Positions 27,161-40,949 of a DNA stretch of 64,000 nucleotides are shown piece after piece (position 1 is the stretch's first letter; each line of letters starts with the position of its first letter). A model generated the notes under the pieces. It searched no databases. It was not told where the DNA came from and saw only the letters and a list, made by a program, of their open reading frames with translations. The position numbers and the translations under genes were made by a program. Source of the stretch: Glaucostegus cemiculus (Eukaryota); contig CDPCPM010000408.1 in the NCBI GenBank assembly GCA_976551045.1, positions 2,480,001 to 2,544,000 on the forward strand, in the 5' to 3' direction.

Positions 27161-28092
27161 CCATTGACTCAAAGTAAAAGTTATCAAAACTCAGGCCAGT
27201 AGTGAGAGGAAATTCAAAAATTGGAAATGTCAGCTTTTCTCATAATTTTTTAATATTTTAAACATAATAGTGTGCAATTTCAGAGCCTGAACAATAGAAG
27301 CTGACCATAACATTGAAAATACATTAAATATTTGCAAGTTTTAATGGTGATGGTTGATTCCTTAGGTTCTGCTTTCAGAAGCTTTCAACTCGAAACAATT
27401 CTACAGCACCACAAAATATTCTCTTCCCATTAAAAACTGGACCACTAGAGATCAAATCAGCTTGTTAACAAAGCATCAATCCTCCACAGCTCTGTTCTAT
27501 CTAATGTGGGTTCCTGGTATTTCCTTCTTAACACAAATAGTAAGGTATCAAAACTCACCACAGAACCACATCCTCCACCAGCAGCTTTGTTCTGCGCTCC
27601 CACTGCTGCATGCACTTCTCCCATGCACTTGAATATTCCAACAGGATTGTCATTTCATTTTGTATTGTTGTAAAAAGTGACTGAGCAAGGATTTCACACC
27701 ACAGTCAAGATGGGGGCAAAATTTGGTTAAAGTATTAATCAGCTTTTTATTTTTACTTAGATATTAAATTTTGTTAATGTTCTCAAAAGGGACCAATCTG
27801 CTGGAGTATAGCACCACAGGTGCCCATTGCCCTCCATCACTTTGCCCTTTCCTCACTGGCAGGTTTGGTAGGAGAACCATCAGAACCATTTCTTGTCTCA
27901 CATTTATTTTGCTCATGACCAGAACTGTGAATCCTGTCTGACAGAGCCAACTTACATTTGTCAATAGTCAACTTGCATCCCTGCTTGCTCTCGACTCTCA
28001 AAAGTCAATTCCCAAGAATATTCCAATATCGTTGCTAAAGAGCAAATCAGCTAATAACTAAAACAACAGCGGTAACCATTACTCTACAATAC

Positions 28093-28230
28093 TGATTAGG
28101 AAGTTGTGGGCATGCTATGTTGGCACCAGAAGCATGGCAACACTTGCGGGCTGCCCCAGAACACTCTACACAAAAGATGTATTTCACTGTGTGTTTTGAT
28201 GTACATGTGACTAATAAAGATATCTTATCC
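28093..28230 (+). mobile_element. Short non-autonomous element with Rex-like AATAAAG(ATCTT)n tail
   Basis: GGCATGCTATGTTGGCACC...TTTCACTGTGTGTTTTGATGTACATGTGACTAATAAAGATATCTTATC; a near-identical reverse copy is at 40950-41050. Confidence 0.65.
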
Positions 28231-28714
28231 TCTCTTAATTTCCTAATTTCTTCCCCAACTACTGATGTAATGAGCACAATTGTGCCCTGATTTGTACAGC
28301 AAGTGCCAGTCAATTCACTCACCTGGCTCAGGGCGTGCATTTCTGCTCACCTCAGTGCAAGTCCAGAAACCAAAATAGCTTCATGAGGATATCAAACCTC
28401 AATCTCAAAAAATGTTTTGGCTCCAGAGAAGAAACAAGTTCAAAGAGATTATTTCACACATTATTCGTACATTACTGGTGTTCTGATTCCTTGGAAATTT
28501 GGCAGCACCTTCCTGGATCACTAACAGCACAATACGTTCACTAGCCGGTCCTTTGAAAACGTTTGCCAGCTTCACAATGTTGCCTTGGAGGTGAAAAATA
28601 AGGTTGGGGGTGGGGGGCACCTATCTTTTTTGTTTCAAACCCAAGCATTATTACAGAACTAATAACAGTGTCTCAGAAATACATGCAACTTAAGCTTTTA
28701 GCATCAAGACTTAA

Positions 28715-29030
28715 AAATACAAAATGCTGGAAATCTCAGCAAGTATGAAGAGGAGGAGTTAACATTTAAAGGTTGGTAACCTTTTATAAGAACTAGGCAA
28801 AATTAGAAAACAAGCATATTTTAAATTGCAGAAGAGGGGGAAGGAGTGGAGAGAACAAAGGGAGTGCGTGGGGCTGGGTGAAGACCAACAGAGAATAAAT
28901 GATGCCAATGGTGGTGCTTGCTGGCTGAGAGGAGATGGTGAAGGCTTGTCACCTACAGATGCTCTGCCTGGAGAAGGCGTAGGTAGGATGAGGTTAGAGC
29001 AGGGAACAAAACTGCTGGAAATGTGAAGTA
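28715..29030 (-). mobile_element. Decayed Penelope 3' terminus
   Basis: AAATGCTGGAAATCTCAGC...GAGTTAACATTTAAAGGTTGGTAACCTTTTATAAGAACT followed by a purine-rich tract (the reverse of a pyrimidine-rich 3' region). Confidence 0.5.
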
Positions 29031-32000
29031 AGTCGACAAATGTTTACACTTGTAGGGTTCTCAGTTCATGTACAGGTCTTGGAAACAATCCAAATTCTAC
29101 CACCCAGTAGCTACAATTAGGGAATAACAATGCAAATAGATTTCAAAGGATGACCTATCACCTCCATATATAATTACACTGGACTTTTGAGAATTTGCTG
29201 AAACCAAGCATTGATGTTGAAAGAAATGCACAGGTGGAGGAGGGAACCAACGCAATTTGGTTGACCTTCAGCCATTAGATCTGAAATATTTAGCATCCTC
29301 TACGCACATCCACTTAGTCAGATGTATTGGTTGGCCACAGCATCAGTTCTCCTCCTTTACTGCAGTCCCAGGAGAGGCAGCTATTCCAAGACACTTCCTG
29401 TCAACATATTTTCATTGAACACACAAGCATGTACAATTTATTTTTGAAACCACTTCAATGATTTTGAAGCACATTCAAACTCCCGAGAATGGAGAAAATA
29501 ATTCTTACAAAGTTATCTTTGCAAGAAACAAAAAGGTAATGGAGTTAGATTTTTTCCATGTAAAAGATGGCGCACATGGTAACATGTTATTGAAACAATT
29601 GTTTTTAAATCTCAATCACAGGGAGAATTTGAAAGCAACCTGACCTTTCTGTATTTTTAGCTAAATCTCTCTTGGAAGCTCCATCAAACCACATCCAATG
29701 CACAGAACACTAATTTCTACAAGGGGAAAGATGGGTTCATTTTTAACCAGGGGTGTCTGTTAGAAATGTCACCCTTTCAAACACTGCTATATCTTGCTTT
29801 GTCACTTTGGCCGAGTCTTTTGCACTGCGGTTGGAGGCCACATTCAGAACTGTGTGCACATGTGATGCAGAATAGAACTTGCATCCAATTTCACCAGCAA
29901 AGTGACCTGTTCTCCACCAGGGCCGCAAAAGGAGGACTTTTCATTTTTCACTCATAGCATTTTTCAAGTTTACTCTACTTTCTCAAAACAGTTGCTTAAT
30001 CAATACAAATGTTTCACAGTCAGGGAGTCTCTGCCTATTTATCAACATCCTTCATTAATCAGAATACTCATGAGCATTGGAATGAATTGTAATTATGAAG
30101 ATGAAACAAACTAATTTCAACCCTTTATGATTTCTCTGAAGCCAATCTGTGCAGATCCAATTTCTGATGGTATTTTCAAATTGAGCTTGGAGTTTCTGCA
30201 ACTCCAAATAGATCAGCTCTGTTATCACCATGTCCTCACACAAACTTGCATGCATTTCATAAAGGGGTATCAAAGTCAAAAACCATACTTAGAGCAAGTG
30301 CTGACAAAGCCTATTTTGTGAAGGATTATTTGTGTCTCAGATACTGGCCCTCCTTGAAAACTGTACTTCTAATTTCACAGCAGACATTACCCTGAAGAAA
30401 TCGGTTGCACAACGAGCATTCATTCTAATTCATCCATGTAGACAGTATCCCCCAACAACAGAGTTATTAACATCAGCCCACTGTATAACCCTAGTGATTT
30501 ATCCGATTTATTCTCATTCTGCAGCCACCCTGTATGTAACCAATATCCTCCTTCCCTGCCAGATGGGAGAAACTTGTACTAAAAAGCAGTGGAGGGTCAC
30601 AGCTGATTAGCTTTACGGATCTATTACCTGGATGGAGAATAAGCAATAAGCTTGCATATCACTGACATTACAACATCTACAAGGCTTTCACCAAACTGAC
30701 ACTCAAGATCCCGAATACCGAAAAGTTTCAAATGACAAAAGCAACTTGTACTGATACTCAGGGAAGTCCTGAACACAAACAGTTTGCTAAACTTTCTGGG
30801 TCTGGTTGCTGCTTTTGACAGTTAGTTCAGCCTCCCCACTGTCGCGACTACACAGGCTCAGCTCCTTTTGCTGAGCATCACTGAGGTCCACTACTCCCCC
30901 ATTTTGAAAGTGAAAGTGCTCCAAGTGGGGAATAAGCAAACCTGAACAATGAAAGAGACAGCAGGAGGTGGGGAACGAGACTCCGGGGAAGTGGGGATAT
31001 GTGACTAGGGGCCAGGAGGCAAGAAATAAAGAACAGAAAAAGATCAATTGGAAATGAATTGAGACTGAGTAAATTAAAGAATTGGTAGAAAGAAAAATTG
31101 AAGTGTATTACACAGCAACATTCTTGATCTCACCACAGCCACAGGTGCTCTACAGGCAGTAAAACCAAAAGCATGTAACACATAAACTTATAAACTAATG
31201 TTACATTGCAGCCACAGGCAAGATTCCATTCAGCATGCAGTCAAAATACATACGCAAAGCAGAAATAACCCTTGATCCCTAATCACTGCACAGGAATAAA
31301 ATAAACCCTGCTTGGCTGAATGATTTTTAGCATTAAAAAAAACTGGATCTAGATTTTGAGTTTCCCATCTGTTCATCTTTCCTGAAATAAATTTATAAAA
31401 TCAATTGAAAGCCAAATAAAAGTCATTAAAAATGACAAGGTCTGCCCAGTGGTAGATGGACAAGAGCTCAAAGCTTTCCTTTTTTCTATTCTGGCCACAG
31501 ATTTTCAAAGAAGTATTTATGAAAAAAAAAGTACAGCAGCACAAGGCAGCTGCTTTTGCATTTAGATGAATGTTTCATTGAGATGAATGCCTCTGTTCAG
31601 AAAGACCTCCTCCCAGTGTTGTTGGCATTGAGGTGATTATTTCTGTTCAAGAAAGCCGAGCACAATTATTGACATTGAGACAGTTTGTCGGTGGAGATAT
31701 TTTTAACATAAAGGGTGGGTTGAGGAGAGAGGGTGGTATACTCTTTAATTCAGTGGAGTTTCTTCTGATACGTTTTCTCCCACAAAAAACGCTGCTTGTC
31801 TAGGTCCGACTCAGAGGATACATCTTAATTTGTCTGGACTGCAACTAGCTTCTTCTCAGCCTTTTGTGGAAACGAGAAAGATCTTTCTCTCCAGACATCA
31901 GACAGGAATGCCTCTCGGCTGCTATGACAATAGAAGAACCGTTAATTACCCAACAAGGATTAGATTTAATAAAAGAATGCTAATCTTGTTTCCATCAGGC

Positions 32001-34285
32001 AGTACCACGACACTGAGTGAAACACCAACCGATGATCTTGCCCTACTTAACCACAATGCACCGCAGCAGATCTTTAGAGAGCAGCCAGCTTTCAAACAGT
32101 TCATTATTCACTTGTGTTGAGAAGTGGAAGAGCCAGAACCCTGGAAGCATTACAAATGGCCAAGGGAGCAATATGCATCCAGGAACAGAATGCCAATTAG
32201 CCCATTAAGGTATCTTCCAAATTGAAAGATGATTTTATCCAGGACATGCATCGTCAGTAGCGCATTAAAGTCTTGTAGGGATATCCTTTATCATTCAGCA
32301 GCTCCAGAGACACCTACATTATTTAACATACTTGAAAGGAATGCCAAGTCACAGCAAGTTGATCTATTCTGAACCTCGGCCTCTGTGACACATAGCAGCA
32401 GACGATTGGGCGAAACCAGCCATTCAGAGGATGTGTGTGGAATAGTGAATCTTAAAGTGACTCCACAAACATTTTCAAAGGAATTAATTGCAATTTGTTC
32501 TGCAACCGAATGCATTCACCAGAATGTAAATCTTCAGAAGACTGGAGAAAAATAAGACACTGCTCTTGAGACTCAGTTGTAAACAATCTGTTTTGTAAGT
32601 GTGTGGGCACTAGAATCCTGAGGCAAATGGAAGCAAGGGCAAAAGTAATGATGTTGCAAGAGTACCTTTTGTTTTACAAACTTGAAAAGAAATGGGCATC
32701 AGTCTGCAATATGACCTGCATAATCAGTGTGGTCAGATGAGCAGGGACAATTGCCCAGCTGGAATACACGAGCTACCATATAGATACTTCAGCTGAAACC
32801 TCAAAAAGATAGAATGAGACCATTTTGTTGGTGGTGGGACCAAATAATACATTACTATATTGCAGAAAGACAATTCGTTCCTTAACACAAGTCCCCCTGC
32901 AATTTCCATCTTGTCCGGTAATCATTTAAGTGCCAGGAGTGTGAAATTCAAATAGCCATTTCAGCTATGTTGCAGAGAGCCACAACCCTCAGGAGAACAA
33001 GACACAGCTGTGCTGCAAATGTAGTAGTGGATCTATAAAATCAAAGTGATTTAAGGGTAATTAATCAGGACAGACCCTCTTTGAATCTGGTGAGGGACAA
33101 AAGGAAATGCAAAATTGTTTCCAAACCTCCCCAGTTTTGAAATAAACAGTATTAGATTGAAAAGTACACCGTTTCATAATTCTTTCCTCTTGTTCAAATC
33201 ATGATCCTTCAAATTAGTGAGTGTGTGTCTTGCCAAATTAGATACATGGCACTTCTGGGCTCCAAGGAAATTTGTTAATTCGAGTGGCTTTTGGATTAGT
33301 ATGGGGTCATTACCAGCTGAGGCCCATGTCAACCAATGGTACTCCCTGGTGTAAAAATTCTTCAACGTGGTGACTCAGGACAGTCTGCACTCTCCAAGAA
33401 CAATGGAATCATCCGACATTATTTCCCAATTTTAATATGTGAAGTCTCCCAAAGGAAAAGATGGACTTGGGGAGGAGATATTTGAAGGAGACCAGTCTGA
33501 AGATCAATGACAAATTGTTCTTTATCATGCTTTACAATGCAAGTTGGGTGATTTACCCAAGAGAATACAATTAAATATGGGGGGTCAGCAACACTACAGT
33601 CAGGATGAAAATGATGGGTCAGTTCAAGATCTAAGCACTGTACACTGCCTGGTTTGCCATAACCTGTGGATAGCTCTTGACTAATTGCTGTATTTCCCCA
33701 TTAGCATTATCTCTGCTATGTATTCAGATCAGGCACAACCTCGAATATAAAAAATAAGTAGAGCAATTAGTTGCCCTTCCATTGTTCACCCATAGTATTA
33801 ATACTGCAAAAGAGTCTTAATCTTTGAATTCCCAGCCAGAAAAATAAACTACCCTTCAATTACAAACATGATATGAATATGAAGAAATTACTCATTTGGG
33901 TTCATACCACTTTGAGAAACTGGTCTGTAAAATTCACTGCTGTTTTTAAAGTTCTGCTGCTTCCTCACCCGAACATTAAATCTCGTGCCACTATCCTAAT
34001 CATCGTGGGATGCTGCAATCAGCCCTATCTGATGGGCTGACTGAGATGGTAAAAAAAATACATTGTATTTTCTTTGGTTGAACATTTCGGCAACACACAA
34101 ACATACATACAATTTGCTTCAGATAGCTGCAAGATCAAATCAGGTTCACAGAAAAACTGTTGTGGCTGGAAGAGTTTACTAAAGAACCAGCAGTGTGATT
34201 TGGTCACATGGAGGCAACTGGCTTCTGTAGATTGCCCTTCCATGCTGATTCTCTCTCTGACTCGAGTATGTAGCTAAGCGTTCTT

Positions 34286-34440
34286 GGGGGGGGGGGGGGG
34301 GGGCGGCGGAGAGTGATGAAAGCGTGGGGAGAACAGAATGGGTTAGTGTTAGATTGCTGTTAAATTGGGTGTTTGGTGGTTTGCATTGACTCAGTGGGCT
34401 ACAGGGCCTTTTTACGCGCCTTATCTCTATGACTCTAAAT
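34286..34440 (+). repeat. Poly-G tract followed by a V-SINE 3' half
   Basis: About 18 G, then GTGGGGAGAACAGAATGGG...GTGGGCTACAGGGCCT...CTCTATGACTCTA. Confidence 0.55.
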
Positions 34441-34709
34441 TAGCACACAGACTAAGAGGAGACAGAATTGGTCCACAGTCTATGCACACCTTAAGATAAT
34501 GGCCATATAAATGTACTCACTTCATTCAATATTCACGCTGATTTCTGTCGTAATCATCCTAAATCACTGCTAAATTTCAATTATAATTCTACTGATTGTA
34601 GATAATCCAGGGATCAAAAATAAATGGAAAATGAAAACAAAGGTCACATTAGCTGTTGTGTCGAGGCACCCTCATGATATACTCCTTGTCCCACAGAAGG
34701 CTGCAGTTT

Positions 34710-35250
34710 TAACAAATAGGAGTAGGCCACTCAGCAAGATCAAAGCTGATCTTATAACTCAGACACACTTTCCTGAGTCCCTTGTTTTCCCCTAATATCC
34801 ACAAGTCTGCCTGAATATACTCAGTGATTGGACATCCACAGCCCTCTTGCAGACAGAATTCTAAGGATTCACTAGGCTTTGGTCGAAAAATTTCTTCCAA
34901 GCTGTGCTGAAGATCCGAGTCCTTATTTTGATTCTGTGACCCCCCCCCCCATCTCTTTGCAGTCATAGGAAAACAACTCCACATTTACCAAGTCAAGCCT
35001 GGCAAGACTTTTATATGTTTCAATGAAATCACCTCTCAGTCTTCAGCTCTAGAAGGGTATAAACTCAGTCTGCTTAATCTCTCGTACAAGCCTGCCATCC
35101 CAGGAAGCAATCTGATAAGCCTTTGATGTAGAGGTAGGGAAACCAGACCTGTACACAATATTCAAATGTGGCCTTCACTAGAGCCCTATTTAATTGGAGC
35201 AAGACAGATCCATTCTACTCAAATCATTTTGCAATAAAGGTTAACATATT
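34710..35250 (-). mobile_element. Old CR1, 3' piece (split by a Rex insertion)
   Basis: Reverse tail AATAGGAGTAGGCCA; CAATGAAATCACCTCTC (RGD.IE); ACACAATATTCAAATGTGG (PHLEYC). Confidence 0.65.
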
Positions 35251-36145
35251 GGTTATTGGCTTATTATTGTCACATGTACCAAGATACAGAGAAAAACTTT
35301 TGTTTTGCAATGCCATCAAGACATATCATGCCATGCACAAATACACTGAGGTAGTAAAAAGGAACAGAACGAAGAATATAACGTTGCAGTTACAGAGAAA
35401 ATGCTGTGCAGGTAGACAAATATAGTGCAACGGCCACAATGAGATAGATACTGAAATCAAGAGCATCTCTGAGCGCATGAGAGGTCCATTCAAGAGTCTG
35501 ATAACAGTGGGATAGAAGCTCTCCTCGAGTCTGGTGGTTTGTGCTCTCAGACTTTTGTGTCTTGTGATGGGAGGGGGGGACTGGTCAGTGGAGAAGAAAG
35601 GATGACCAGGGTGGGTAGGGTCCTTGATTATGTTGGCTGGTTTCCTGAGGCAGCGGAAAGTGTAGACGGAATCAGTTGGAGGGGAGGTTGGTTTGCATGA
35701 TGGACTGGACTGCACTCGACTCGCTGCAGTTTGTTTTTGCAATCTTGGGCACAGCAGTTGCCATACAAAACTGTGATGCATCCAGATAGGATGCTTTCTA
35801 TGGTGCATCTATAAAAATTGGCGAGTCAGCAGGGATTTGCTGAATTTCTTTAGTCTTCTGAGGAAGTAGAGGCGTTGGTGTGCTTTTTTGGCTGTAGCAT
35901 CTGTGGCTGGACCAGGATAAATTGTTGGTGATATTTATACCTAGGAACTTGAAGCTCTCAACCATATCCTCCACCTCAACACCATTGATACAGACTCCAC
36001 CCTTCTTCCTGAAGTCAATGGCCAGCTCCTTCATTTTGTTTACATTGAGCGAAAGTTTGTTGTCTTGACATCATGCCATTAGACTCTCTACCTCCTTCCT
36101 GTACTCCGTCTCCTCATTGTTTGAGATCGGTCCATGACAGCGGTG
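35251..36145 (-). mobile_element. Rex1/Babar LINE with 7-bp target-site duplication
   Basis: KELAIDFRK...VESFKFLG, IESILSGCITVLYG, IIKDPTHPGH, RLEESFYPTVIRLLN; ACATATT at both 35244-35250 and 36146-36152. Confidence 0.88.
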
Positions 36146-36700
36146 ACATATTATTTTCCTTCCTAATTACTTGGTGTAACTGTGTGTTAAAGTTCAGTGT
36201 TTTGTAAACAAGGACACCCAGGTCTCCCTGAACATCAAGACCTTTCAATATCTCACCAGTTAAAGAAGTACAGACTATTTTTTTCCTATCAAAGTGGATA
36301 TCCTCACACTTTTTCACATTGTGCTCCATCTCCCATGTCCTTGTTTATGATTTAACCTGTCCACACCATCACAAGCTTTGATTCATCAGAAAACTTGCAT
36401 CTATTACATTAGATCTCCTAAATCATTCATATTGATTGTGAACAGCTGGGGTTCAGCATTGGTCTCTGCAGCACCCCACTAATTGTAGCATCCAAAACAG
36501 GAAAGGACACTTTTTTTTAAACCTGCCAATCCATCTTCAATGCACACAAGTATATTACTCACAATACCAAGCAGTTAAATATTGTTTAATAATCTCATGT
36601 GGCACCTTATTGAAGACCTTTTGATAGCTTAAGTACACCAGAAGGACAACACCCATTTACTACACCCAATCCTCCATCCTCTGGGCCTTTTGGAACAAAA
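36146..36700 (-). mobile_element. Old CR1, 5' piece
   Basis: MEHNVKKCEDIHF...QGDLGVLV; TGTGGCACCTTATTGAAG (FNKVPH). Confidence 0.65.
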
Positions 36701-39529
36701 CTGCCCTATGTCATCTGCTTTCTCCAAACACCTTTCATTCACAGGAAATACAGATTTTTGGCAACCCCACCCCATTATCAAATTAACCTGTGAACTTTGC
36801 CTGTGGTTACTGTTCCACGAGATTAGCAACTGCCTTTTTCAGCAGCCATTTCCTTGTATTTAAATAATTTATCGTTCTTCTTACTGAGGGTTTAAATATT
36901 AAAAGTTTTCAAAAGGAAATATAGAAAATTTTCTCTAGGGTGGGAAAAGAATGGGGATAAAGCTTTAAAGTGTGTTTGAAGGCAGATAAAACAGCATTCT
37001 TCCTCTGGTAGTTTGTAAGTAAGGAGACAACTGGATGTACAAATATAGGAGTTAGGAATTTGGACCCTGAAGCCTTTTCCACTGCTGATCTAACTCTAAC
37101 CCCAGCTCTGCATTCCCAGCTTTCCCTTGTAATCTTTCAACTCCCTTGCTTATCAGGAACTTATCTATTTCTATCTTAAATTTTTAGGTTTTTTTTAAGA
37201 AAGATATCAGGAATATGGTGGCATACTGTGAAAAAAGTCATTCAGATTAGAACCAGGAGCACCACCTTACAATCACAATTCAGTTACCCTCCCATATCTA
37301 ACTGATACCCAATTAGGTATAATCAGACAAGATAATAAAAAAAATTCCTCTCTGCACATTAATCTGCATATCTTTCATCTGATTAAAGTCCTTCAGTATA
37401 AATCTATTTCCTGAAGGTGTAGATAAAGAAAACGCATCAACAATCTTTATTGAACTCTACATATAAAGCATCTGTTTCCTTCAAATCAATCTACTGCTTG
37501 CTCAGTTGAACTCAAAACTTTCAAAAAACAAATGGGGCCACTTACTTCAAGCTGCAAAACAAAACAAACAATTTCTAATGAGAGATGGTGGCAGCTTGAA
37601 ATTCATACGTGACATTTATAATACAGGAGTAAATACGCCTGAGTCTTCTGACTTTGTTCACTGGAAGAACAAATGATAAAAGATAACCAAGATGACTCCA
37701 AAGGCTCCACTGACAAATTAAGTGAACAGAGTTTGTGCAGATGGAGCTTGGTATAAAAAAATGAGAGATTATCCAAGAAAGATAAATCAGAATAATTTCT
37801 TCATGGTGAGATATTGTGAGCAGTAAATGAGAAAAGAGATGTAGACTTTCATTAAAAGGCATAACATTGTTGGTCTATATTCACGTGAATGTAAGCAGCA
37901 AACCTAACAAGGGCAGATATTCTCTGGAGAATTGTATGTTGTTTTTGCCACCAACTGTGAAAGAAAATGTAATGATCATGTAGGGTGTGAAGTTCACATT
38001 CACCGGAATGATTATGGGGTCTGGTCATATAAATCTGGCTTGTATTGAAAAGTGAGCCTTCCATTCAATTTTGGTGTTTAAGATGATAAAAGAAATTGAT
38101 ATATTTATTCAGAGAGACAACTTTCTCTGGTGCAGGAGAGCAAAGCGTTAAGGATGAGGGGCCAGATCAGCTGCAAGCAGCCCACTGCCCGGACTTGGGT
38201 CACCCATCCACTTGTACCATTCCTGAACATACGAGGCAGAAAAGAAATGACCACCTGTACCTAAATATCAGCCCGCAAGGCTCTGGGTGGCAAATGGGCC
38301 TCGCGTGATGTGCACTGAGATTGTTCCACTGGTGTTCCTGTAACCTTTGACAACTCACTGCTGACAAAGGCTTTAGAACAGAAACTCAATCTATTCCAAC
38401 AGGCTTGCATAACATAAAATTTAAGGAATTCATTTAATGTAAATAAAAGATTGACATCCCACAAATCCCACAATCCTAAGACACTGATGACAGCAGACAA
38501 GGTCAATTAATTGATTATTTCTTATTTATTGGTTCATTAAGAAAAATGATAAAGGCTTAATAGGGGTGTCCTTCAAATATCTTAACTGTCATAAAGCCCC
38601 ATTGGAAACATAATATTTGATATCACACAATTTTAGAAATCTGTTTCAAAATGATTTGCATATTCACTGTAGCTTTTTATAACTGATTCTGCCAGCCTGC
38701 CACTGAACAGACATGCCTCCCTATCACGTGTTAACTATTAAAAGTTTTCCCACCCAATTATCATAACTGCAACTCTAACCTTCCACGTATGCAAAAGTCA
38801 ATCAGCATAATCAGTAAACAAATGGCTTTACCGAACAATGAAGATATAAAAGAATTAACTGTGGGGCAAGAGCCAGGGGAAATTACCCTCTGTCCTTTAT
38901 CAATTTTTTTGTTGTGATTTCCTGAACGATTCTCAGACGAAGGTAATCCAATGACTGGGGTGAAGTTCTTTTGTGAGATATTTCTTTAAACAAAAAGCAC
39001 TTAACATAGAACAGGGCTCAACACGGAACAATACCTTCAGGAAATGTCAAGCATTTGTACTAGCACAAAACCACCAACCACTTTTAATAACCAACGCGGA
39101 AACCAACACAGATTCTCACTACACTGGGTAACTCTGTACCCTTTAAAATAAAGGCTCTAACTGCATTCTAATTGTCTGCTCAGTATTTAGCCCATATTGC
39201 ATTGCTAGCTAGACACCTCCTATGCCAGATCATTGTCATTATCACCTTTTGAAGCAGAGGAAAGGTCACAGAATGTCAAACACCCCCTGCTGCCTAAATT
39301 TTGCTTTACCTAGAGAAAAAAATAACTGACAAGCTGGACAACTGAGGGTTTTATTTCTATAGATCTCCTACAACTTCTAGTCAAGTCTTAACAACAAAGT
39401 GCATGTATTCAGGACTTCTTCTGTGGTACACCATCTCAAGGTACTTCACGGGACCAACAAAAAATTCCAAATGAACAGTTTGCACTGTCTTCATTAACAG
39501 TGGACAATTTTGCAATCCAGGGTAAAATA

Positions 39530-39760
39530 TTTCATTTCAATTCCCGATCCCATACCACACTGTTCATCCTTGACCTTCTCCACTGCCAGAGGCCCAATGG
39601 AAACCAGAGAACCACCTCATATTCTGCCTGAGTAGTCAACAACCAAAAGGTATGAGCACTAAGTTTTCCAATTTCAGATAACCCTTAATTCCTGTGTCCC
39701 CCACCCCCTTTCTCCTTCCAATCCTACTCCAGTCCCATACTCCATTTCCCATCCCCCATT
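39530..39760 (+). mobile_element. Penelope-like element, GIY-YIG C-terminus
   Basis: HFNSRSH...ILDLLHCQ...HLIFCLSSQQPKGMSTKFSNFR* resembles the PLE terminus HFN..H...LxxxEQHLIFRLGSLQPxGMN. Confidence 0.7.
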
Positions 39761-39761
39761 T

Positions 39762-40338
39762 TCATCGGGAGGTATTGCTTCAGTTGTACAGGTCCCTGGT
39801 CAGACCCCACCTGGAGTATTGTGTTCAGTTCTGGTTGCCTCACCACAGAAGGATGTGGATGCTATCGAGAGGGTGCAGAGGAGGTTTACGAGCATGCTGC
39901 CTGGAATGAGGAGCATGCCTTATGAGAGCAGGTTGCAGGAACTCGGCCTTTTCTCCTTGGAGAGAAGGAGGATGAGGGGGTACCTGATTGAGGTGTATAA
40001 GATGATGAGAGGTATTGATAGGGTAGATAGTCAGAGGCTTTTCCCCAGGGCTGAAATGGTGGCCACAAGAGGATATAGGTTTAAGGTGCTGGGGGGGAAG
40101 ATATAGGGAAGATGTTAGGGGTAAGTTTTTTACTCAGAGTGGTGAGTGCGTGGAATAGGCTGCAGGAAATGGTGGTGGAGGCAGATACGATAGGGTCTTT
40201 CAAGAGACTGTTGGAAAGGAACATGGAGGTAAATAAGATAGAAGGCTATGGGTAAGCCTAATAGTGTGGGGACATGTTCGGTACAGCTTTGTGGGCTGAA
40301 GGGCCTGAATTGTGCTGTAGGTATCTATGTTCTATGTT
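39762..40338 (+). mobile_element. CR1 3' end inserted into the Penelope element
   Basis: [23 protein letters not shown]...GIDRVDSQRLFPRA; tail CTATGTTCTATGTT. Confidence 0.92.
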
Positions 40339-40795
40339 CCATCCTGGTTCCATCCACGTTCTACCCTCACATTTCACGCCCTGAAACCCTCCTCCATCTA
40401 GTTCCATTTGCTCTTCGCTTCTTTACTTATCAGATAGCCTTTGTGTTCTTGCCTTTCACACTCTCCTCCCCCAGATGTCTCTACCTTCATCCTCCCTTCC
40501 CCCTATCTGGCTCCATCTGCCTTTTTTCTTTGTTTTCACCTACCATCAACCTGCCTCAGTCTCCCAACTCCACTCCTCCCCAACCCCATCTCCTCCCTCC
40601 TCCCCCCCCCCCCCCAAATCATCCTTCACCCATTCTCGGTCCCTGTCTCACCCCTCCACCTCTCCTCTTTACACTGGCCGTCTTTCCTCTTCACTCTCAA
40701 TCCTGGTGCAGGGTCTTGACCCAAAACACCAACAATTCCTTTCCATCCACAGATGCTGCTCAACCTATCGAGTTCCTCCAGCAGATTGTTGTAAA
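40339..40795 (+). mobile_element. Penelope 3' region (pyrimidine-rich) and terminal repeat with a decayed hammerhead-like motif
   Basis: C/T-rich tract, then TCCTGGTGCAGGGTCTTGACCCAAAACACC...CCACAGATGCTGCTCAACCTATCGAGTTCCTCCAGCAGATT. Confidence 0.65.
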
Positions 40796-40949
40796 ATATG
40801 TCCGAACCTCCTGAAAAGAGCAAGAGAGGAAACAGCTTAGGCTCAATCCTTTTGTAATGACCTGAGGCTGCAGGCATGGTGTTGGTGAACTGCAAGTCCA
40901 CCAATGTGGAGCAAGTGAAAACCTGAGTGGTTACAGTCAGCCTAACAGA

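Noticed and set aside
40248-40904. Pro/Ser/Leu-rich ORFs of up to 188 aa
   Set aside because: Artefacts of the pyrimidine-rich Penelope 3' tract, which lacks stop codons.
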